DNA from: a virus
Lineage: Duplodnaviria > Caudoviricetes
Length of the DNA: 63,364 nt
IMG/VR virus record: IMGVR_UViG_3300033978_000202
Location: 1-63,364 of that record
Reading direction: 5' to 3' (one strand)
The notes below the pieces were generated by a model. That model searched no databases. It worked only from the letters and a program-made list of their open reading frames with translations, and had not been told where the DNA came from. Positions 58,221-63,364 of this stretch are shown piece after piece. Made by a program: the position numbers and the translations under genes. The first letter of the stretch is position 1. Every line of letters begins with the position of its first letter.

Positions 58221-58556
58221 CTAAACTTTAGAAACTCTTTTACCCATTCCAACCCTGCTCTTCTCAGCTTTTTTTGCAGCAAGTTTGGAAGGTGATATTT
58301 CACTCTTTGTTTTCGGTGTCTTTGAAGACACTCGCTTGGTTGGTCGGCAGTATTCATTACCACCTCCTGCACCACAGGCTTTGCCTGTTCGGGTATCCAC
58401 CCACTTCTCGCTTTGCCATCTTTTCAAGCTCGTACCTGTCTCTGTCCTTCGGACAGTTCCGGATGCCTTCCTGCATTTTGCAATAGCTTGTGAAGCTCTT
58501 GCAGATGGAAAGACATCATACGATGCTTTGACTTTTCTATAACAAGCGTCTTTCAT
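58221..58556 (-). CDS. Basic Cys-containing protein; carries 16-bp motif copy 8 (58316-58331)
   Basis: DACYRKVK..FPSARAS, LKRWQSEKWVD, YCRP. Confidence 0.7.
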   Translation of the reverse strand: MKDACYRKVKASYDVFPSARASQAIAKCRKASGTVRRTETGTSLKRWQSEKWVDTRTGKACGAGGGNEYCRPTKRVSSKTPKTKSEISPSKLAAKKAEKSRVGMGKRVSKV

Positions 58557-58738
58557 TACTTCTTTTCAGACATTCTGATTTTACGGTCTTCAACTCGTGC
58601 AGCTCTTCCAAGAATCCTGTCGGCTTTTTTCTCACGACCCTCATCTACAGCTTTGTTGCCTTTAGCCACAAGCTTGTCTTCTCTTTTCTGCAAACGATCA
58701 ATTACGTTATTCCTAAATGGTATGCTATTGTAATCCAT
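58556..58738 (-). CDS. Small basic protein
   Basis: Operon packing. Confidence 0.55.
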   Translation of the reverse strand: MDYNSIPFRNNVIDRLQKREDKLVAKGNKAVDEGREKKADRILGRAARVEDRKIRMSEKK

Positions 58739-59028
58739 TAGTATTTCCCTTTACGTGATTTAGGAGATGATTGCGTTGAGCCACCGGGACCTGCCCATAA
58801 GTTTTTACACGCCCAATACTTTGCGCTTAACTTGTTGTTGGCTTCACTGCAACCGTGTCTTGCTCGAAATGAAGACCGTGCCGCTGCTGAATAGTTATGA
58901 CCATAACCCTTTGCACCGAAGTGAATAAGCTTCTCTTGCCCATTTGCACAGGCTTTCACCATTCGCTTCTTGCCGGGTCGATCTGAAGCAACGACACGGT
59001 TACATTTCATTTTCGATTTAGTTGCCAT
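58738..59028 (-). CDS. Small basic protein
   Basis: KLIHFG, SFRARHGC, AKYWAC. Confidence 0.7.
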   Translation of the reverse strand: MATKSKMKCNRVVASDRPGKKRMVKACANGQEKLIHFGAKGYGHNYSAAARSSFRARHGCSEANNKLSAKYWACKNLWAGPGGSTQSSPKSRKGKY

Positions 59029-59603
59029 TACTTCTTTTTCTTTGCAGCTTTCTTAACGAGAGCTTTAGCAACTTTCTTAGCAGCAGCTTTCTTTACCATT
59101 CCTTTACCGGAAGATACAGGAGCTTGAAGCATAGAAGAAGCAGGCAAGTTTGGTTTTGCTTTTTTCATCGCTTTTGTTTTTGTGGGGTTAGTAATTATTT
59201 TTTGGGCTTTTTTGGTTTTGGCATTGTCGCTGCCTTCACCTTTTGTGTGCAAGGAGTCATCTTCTTTTATTTTATTAGTGATAATATCTTTACCTTTTGT
59301 AACGGTAACCTTTCCGTCTGACACATCAACCTTCATTGATTCTGTTTTATCTTTCGATACTTCAGTGATCAACTCTTTGATGATGGTTATCTCAGGCTTA
59401 TCTTCTTTTTCTTTTGCTCCAACAATGTGTTGCAGTATTCCAATCAGCGCCATTGAACTCGTAGCAACAAGTCCAATTACTGCCGGCAGTACACTACTAT
59501 CTAAGAACATAGAGCTCCCTACACCAATCAACACAAGAAGTGTGATATAGTTGATGGCGTTTTTACCCAAATGCTTAGAAGCTATTTCTCTTGCCGATTC
59601 CAT
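59028..59603 (-). CDS. Two-TM protein with Lys/Ala-rich histone-H1-like tail
   Basis: N-terminal TM pair; C-terminal KKAAAKKVAKALVKKAAKKKK; internal MKKAK could be a second start. Confidence 0.6.
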   Translation of the reverse strand: MESAREIASKHLGKNAINYITLLVLIGVGSSMFLDSSVLPAVIGLVATSSMALIGILQHIVGAKEKEDKPEITIIKELITEVSKDKTESMKVDVSDGKVTVTKGKDIITNKIKEDDSLHTKGEGSDNAKTKKAQKIITNPTKTKAMKKAKPNLPASSMLQAPVSSGKGMVKKAAAKKVAKALVKKAAKKKK

Positions 59604-59632
59604 TATCTATCTTTGTTCACAAATATAATAAA

Positions 59633-60094
59633 ATGAAATCAAATTTTGACGATTACTTAAAATATTGGAGGGTCATTCGCCAATACATAAAGGCGAGGTA
59701 CGAGCTCTCTCAGGCAGACCTTGATATGCTGCTGTTTCTCTACTCGGAAGGATACTTCGGAAAGGATAAGTTTAGGGAGTTCGCCCAACTCGTTTCGTGG
59801 GACGTGAACAGGTTTGACCGGCTACTCACTCAGGGATGGATAGAAAACTTCAGAGCCGGCAGGCGTGGGGTGAAAGGGTTATACTGTTTGTCTTACAAAG
59901 CCAAGCGGATGATCGGCTCCATCTACAAGAAGCTGTCGGGTCAGGAGATACCGATGAACGATGTCAACAACCCTATGTTTGCCCGGAATGTAAAGTTCAC
60001 CGACAAGGTGTACCGCAACTTCATCATACAGATGAACGAGGACACCCGTAAGGCTAAGGCTACAGGACAACTACCACATCACGTTCCTGAATGA
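59633..60094 (+). CDS. Winged-helix (MarR-like) regulator
   Basis: LSQADLDMLLFL...RLLTQGWI...YCLSYKAK; only + strand gene in the late block; start moved to MKSNF. Confidence 0.65.
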   Translation: MKSNFDDYLKYWRVIRQYIKARYELSQADLDMLLFLYSEGYFGKDKFREFAQLVSWDVNRFDRLLTQGWIENFRAGRRGVKGLYCLSYKAKRMIGSIYKKLSGQEIPMNDVNNPMFARNVKFTDKVYRNFIIQMNEDTRKAKATGQLPHHVPE

Positions 60095-60317
60095 TCGTGA
60101 AGGGCTCGTCCCCGATAATCATCGTATAGCTCTGCGCCTTGTCGTAGTAGATCTCATCTCCTTCGGAGATAGAGTGGACCTCAGTGCCGGGGGTTACCAC
60201 CTTGCCACGCTTGTAGCGTAGCTGATTGGTATCCTCACCCGACAGGACAAGTCCTGACGAGGTCTTTACCTCTTCGTCTACTTGTCTGATTACTATGTTC
60301 TTACCTATAGCTTTCAT
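60060..60317 (-). CDS. groES: Co-chaperonin GroES
   Basis: MKAIGKNIVI, KTSSGLVL, GKVVTPG, GDEI, ERDV. Confidence 0.85.
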   Translation of the reverse strand: MKAIGKNIVIRQVDEEVKTSSGLVLSGEDTNQLRYKRGKVVTPGTEVHSISEGDEIYYDKAQSYTMIIGDEPFTIIQERDVVVVL

Positions 60318-60495
60318 CGTCTCGTTTTATTTCAGTCCAATGTCCACACTTAGGACACTCTAATAAATCACCGTGGTGTAGTTCCACGTGGAACTCTGAC
60401 CACTCAATCTTGCTTGCCTCCACAAGGGCAAGCCATTTGAAGTTGCATTGGTCGCACTCCATCGGGTATGCTACGTTCTCTTGCCCTACGTTCAT
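60301..60495 (-). CDS. Zn-ribbon protein
   Basis: CDQC...CPKC. Confidence 0.6.
   Translation of the reverse strand: MNVGQENVAYPMECDQCNFKWLALVEASKIEWSEFHVELHHGDLLECPKCGHWTEIKRDDESYR
60380..60395. promoter_or_regulatory. Second parS-like site
   Basis: Perfect palindrome AGTTCCACGTGGAACT. Confidence 0.55.
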
Positions 60496-60944
60496 ATACC
60501 CAAAAGATCTATTCGTTCATCCAAACAGGTCAGGTAGGTCTTCATGGCCATAAGCTGAATGCTCAAGAGCGCACGGTTGTTCTTGTCCAACTCATAAAAC
60601 TTAGAGGACTCAACAAAGGATTTGAGCTTATTAAACTTCTCCTCTAACTGATCGTGCTCGTCTTTCAGACGTGTTTTGAAATCCCCCTCCTCAGCTTTAT
60701 CGTAGGTTACATCAAAGATGTAAGGCTTGCATGGATAGTATTCACCTTTTACCCCACGAATGATATAATCTCCGGTAGAGGCAGTCATATTACCCTCAAG
60801 AGTTGGAACAGATAGTTTAATCTCATCTCCGATTAGGTCAATCTTTACTTTATGACTTGACCATTTATTTATTAGTTCTGCATTGTCAAGGCTACCGTTA
60901 AACTGAATAGCTTCGATGATTACGGGTTTCTTTTTGTATCTCAT
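60492..60944 (-). CDS. Two-domain protein; candidate anti-defence sponge fusion
   Basis: N-term KKPVIIEA..TLEG..GDYII..YPCKP domain; C-term RLKDEHDQL..KL..F..LL..Q..AM..Y..CL..RI helical hairpin. Confidence 0.6.
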   Translation of the reverse strand: MRYKKKPVIIEAIQFNGSLDNAELINKWSSHKVKIDLIGDEIKLSVPTLEGNMTASTGDYIIRGVKGEYYPCKPYIFDVTYDKAEEGDFKTRLKDEHDQLEEKFNKLKSFVESSKFYELDKNNRALLSIQLMAMKTYLTCLDERIDLLGI

Positions 60945-62539
60945 TTGGTTTCGTATGAGCGTGCCATTGTTATGATGGCATTGGTGGATAATATGGTGGT
61001 CGCTACGCTGATGGCGTTCTGTAGTGCTGAGCGTGTCACCTTCAGTGGGTCAATCACACCCATCTTGATTAGATCGCCCATCTGCTTGGTCTTTACATTG
61101 AGACCCACTCCCTCTTGAATGTCATGGGTATAATGGTCTTCAGCCTTCAGTCCTGCGTTCTCAAGGATCTGCTCAAGGGGCGCTTTAAGTGCTGTCTGCA
61201 GTATCTGTGCTGCTATGTCCTGCTCCTCTTGGGTGATCTCACCCAAAAGGTCGAAGACCTCAACTTCGTACAAGGCCTTACCACCACCGGGCAGGATACC
61301 CTCCTCAAGTGCGGAACGCACAGCATGCACCGCATCGTCAACCCTGTCGTACAACTCTTTCTGCTCAAGGTCAGTGTTTCCACCTACGTAGATCACTCCA
61401 ATGCCTCCCGTCAGGGAGGCAATGCGAGACAATATGTGATCCTTGTCAGCCTTCTTCTTAGCCACAGCATGCGCCTCCCAAAGCTGAGCCACACGCTCGT
61501 CAACCTTTTCAGGTTGGAGCTTGAGGTCAGATTTGATGATGATCGTGCTGTCTCTACCAACTATCACCTTGGCGGCATGGCCCAAGTCAGCGTAGCTGAT
61601 TTGACTCAGGTCATCACCCGTTTTCTCGCTGAAGTATGTCGCCCCTACTGACACCGCTAAGTCCTGCATCAGCTCATGCTGCTTGTACCCAAAGCTCGGA
61701 GGCTGTATCGCACAAAGCTTAAGGTTGTTCTTCATTACGTTAGCCGCAAGGGTGTTCACCACGTTTACGTGGCAGTTCGATACTATCAACAACTTCTTAC
61801 CCTCTTGGATAATTGGTTTCAATACCCCCTCGATCTGAAGAATGTTCCCAATCTCAATGTCAGCCACGAGCACCATCACGTCCTCAAACACACACTCGTC
61901 CCGACTCTGATCGTTAATGAACAGTGGGCTCATATACCCCCTGTCAATCTTTAGACCCTTGGTGGTCTCGGCATACGTCTCAGCCGTCTGACTCCGCTCC
62001 ACGGTAACAATCCCACTACGCCCCACGTCCTTATACACCTCGGCAATAATCCTACCTATCTCACGGTCATTGTTCGCAGAGATGGAGGCAATGTCCACAA
62101 GCATTGAGCTCGAGACTTTCTTGGCACGCCTGCGCAGCTTGTCCACCACCTTGCCACTTATGTCCACCATATTGCGTAGCACCTCGGTGCGGTTATGGTG
62201 TGGTTTAATGTGGCTGATGCCACCCTCCACAAGCGCCTCAGTCAAGACAATGGCTGTAGTCGTACCATCACCGGCAAGTGTTGCCGTACGATCCGCTGCC
62301 TCCTTCATCATCTTAACCGCAAGGTTCTCGACAGGGTCAATTAAGTCGACTGCTTTAGCCACGGTCACACCGTCTTTAGTGACGGTGATTCCGTGGGTAT
62401 GTTGGGGGGATTCTATAAGTACTGTATTACCGGAAGGTCCTAACGTGCTTTTTACCGCACCTGAAATCTTTTTGATACCGGAAACCAATTTAGCCTGCCC
62501 TTCTTCTGAAAAGAACAGTTCTTTAGGAGAGTATTCCAT
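60941..62539 (-). CDS. groEL: Chaperonin GroEL
   Basis: TLGP, VTKDGVTVA, GDGTTTA, GILPGGG, IDPLKV; no GGM tail. Confidence 0.95.
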   Translation of the reverse strand: MEYSPKELFFSEEGQAKLVSGIKKISGAVKSTLGPSGNTVLIESPQHTHGITVTKDGVTVAKAVDLIDPVENLAVKMMKEAADRTATLAGDGTTTAIVLTEALVEGGISHIKPHHNRTEVLRNMVDISGKVVDKLRRRAKKVSSSMLVDIASISANNDREIGRIIAEVYKDVGRSGIVTVERSQTAETYAETTKGLKIDRGYMSPLFINDQSRDECVFEDVMVLVADIEIGNILQIEGVLKPIIQEGKKLLIVSNCHVNVVNTLAANVMKNNLKLCAIQPPSFGYKQHELMQDLAVSVGATYFSEKTGDDLSQISYADLGHAAKVIVGRDSTIIIKSDLKLQPEKVDERVAQLWEAHAVAKKKADKDHILSRIASLTGGIGVIYVGGNTDLEQKELYDRVDDAVHAVRSALEEGILPGGGKALYEVEVFDLLGEITQEEQDIAAQILQTALKAPLEQILENAGLKAEDHYTHDIQEGVGLNVKTKQMGDLIKMGVIDPLKVTRSALQNAISVATTILSTNAIITMARSYETK

Positions 62540-62560
62540 TTGATTTGATTTGAATGTTCA

Positions 62561-62591
62561 CAAAAATAATAATCTCGGTTCATTTGACAAA
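62561..62591 (-). promoter_or_regulatory. Bacteroidota primary-sigma promoter for groEL operon
   Basis: On - strand TTTG-N19-TATTTTTG. Confidence 0.8.
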
Positions 62592-62636
62592 GCTTATAGC
62601 AATAAATATTCAGAGAATAAAACTATTGCTATAAGT

Positions 62637-62790
62637 ATGTCACAATCTTCCTCCCCTATTATATATATATATTTACCTCCTTTTATTAAGAAATTTATGA
62701 TTAGAGTTCATTTTCAAAATCGACATAATTGACAGTATATTAATAATCAATTAGTTAGACGACATAAAAACAACATAGTATTGATAGATA
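62637..62790. other. Putative replication origin B, homologous to 8211-8360
   Basis: CTCCCCTATT-(TA)n, GACA repeats, IHF consensus AATCAATTAGTTA. Confidence 0.5.
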
Positions 62791-62810
62791 ATCAGGTAAT
62801 ATATAAAAAC

Positions 62811-62842
62811 AAAAAGAGGGACCATAGAAATAGCCCCTCTTC
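62811..62842 (-). terminator. Imperfect intrinsic terminator
   Basis: AAGAGGG...CCCTCTT with A-run on +. Confidence 0.6.
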
Positions 62843-62862
62843 AAATCAACGATTGCTTGCCA

Positions 62863-63072
62863 TTAGTCATCGTCTTTCATACGAGACTCTCTTAAAGACT
62901 CTACCAAATCAGCTTTCATCTCAGCCTGAAACATTGCCTCACTCATAGTGGCAATCTTCTCAGCACGCTTCAACTCCTTCTTAATTTGTACAGCCTGTTG
63001 GATACCGGTAACATCGTTAGGACGGGTGTTAATCAACCTCCCGTTCTTAACTGTAAGATCATTGTATTTCAT
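62863..63072 (-). CDS. Small hypothetical protein
   Basis: Upstream TATATTTG (63089-63096) and downstream terminator. Confidence 0.6.
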   Translation of the reverse strand: MKYNDLTVKNGRLINTRPNDVTGIQQAVQIKKELKRAEKIATMSEAMFQAEMKADLVESLRESRMKDDD

Positions 63073-63128
63073 AACTACGTAGTTTCCTCAAATATAAAAA
63101 AAATTTAGATACCCGTAGTGCGGAGGTA

Positions 63129-63364
63129 ATATACCGGTTTTGCGCAGATGGACCCGATCCGAAAACGACTTTGTTTTGAAGGGGTGGGGGTCTGAAATGG
63201 TCGGGCTCTTGCGGATTTTTTGCCTTTTTCCCTCCTGCTCCTGCTCCTGCGCCCTGCTCCTGCTCCCTGTCTTGCGTCCGCTCCTCCTCCCCTCCGGTCC
63301 TCCGGTTACCGGTCACCGGCTGCCGGTCCTCCTCCGGTTGCGCCCCTCCTCCCCTCCGCCCTGT
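63129..63364. repeat. Right copy of direct terminal repeat
   Basis: Matches 1-230 with one extra CTGCTC unit. Confidence 0.95.

Noticed and set aside
13839-59550. Many short + strand ORFs within the late block
   Set aside because: Antisense shadows of long - strand genes
1-63364. Stop-codon reassignment or tRNA genes as in some crAss-like phages
   Set aside because: Genes are full length and densely packed under the standard code; no cloverleaf seen by eye (tRNAscan not run)

Overview
An apparently complete ~63.1 kb lytic dsDNA tailed-phage genome, bounded by a near-identical direct repeat (1-230 and 63129-63364). The host is inferred to be Bacteroidota, from TTG-N19-TAnnTTTG promoters and A-rich, SD-less translation starts. 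The + strand block (0.45-13.5 kb) holds early genes (amidoligase, GATase-GGCT fusion, many small ORFs) and recombination/replication genes (Sak3-like annealase, RecE-like exonuclease, SSB, primase-helicase, SF2 helicase, VRR-NUC, two DnaA domain IV-like proteins). The - strand block (13.5-63.1 kb) holds a podovirus-type, crAss-related virion module (terminase, portal, scaffold, major capsid, tail tubular/stabilisation proteins, three ejection proteins, two long fibres), lysis genes, small basic proteins and GroEL/GroES. I saw no integrase, DNA polymerase, RNA polymerase or tRNA. Main non-coding signals: (1) two complete hammerhead ribozymes that bracket a small membrane-protein gene and would excise it as a 343-nt RNA; (2) eight exact copies of a 16-bp quasi-palindrome in both coding and intergenic DNA; (3) two parS-type sites with no parAB; (4) two homologous origin-like elements; (5) apparent 4-mer avoidance that breaks down in two tracts. 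All family calls are from motif recognition by eye, not database searches.
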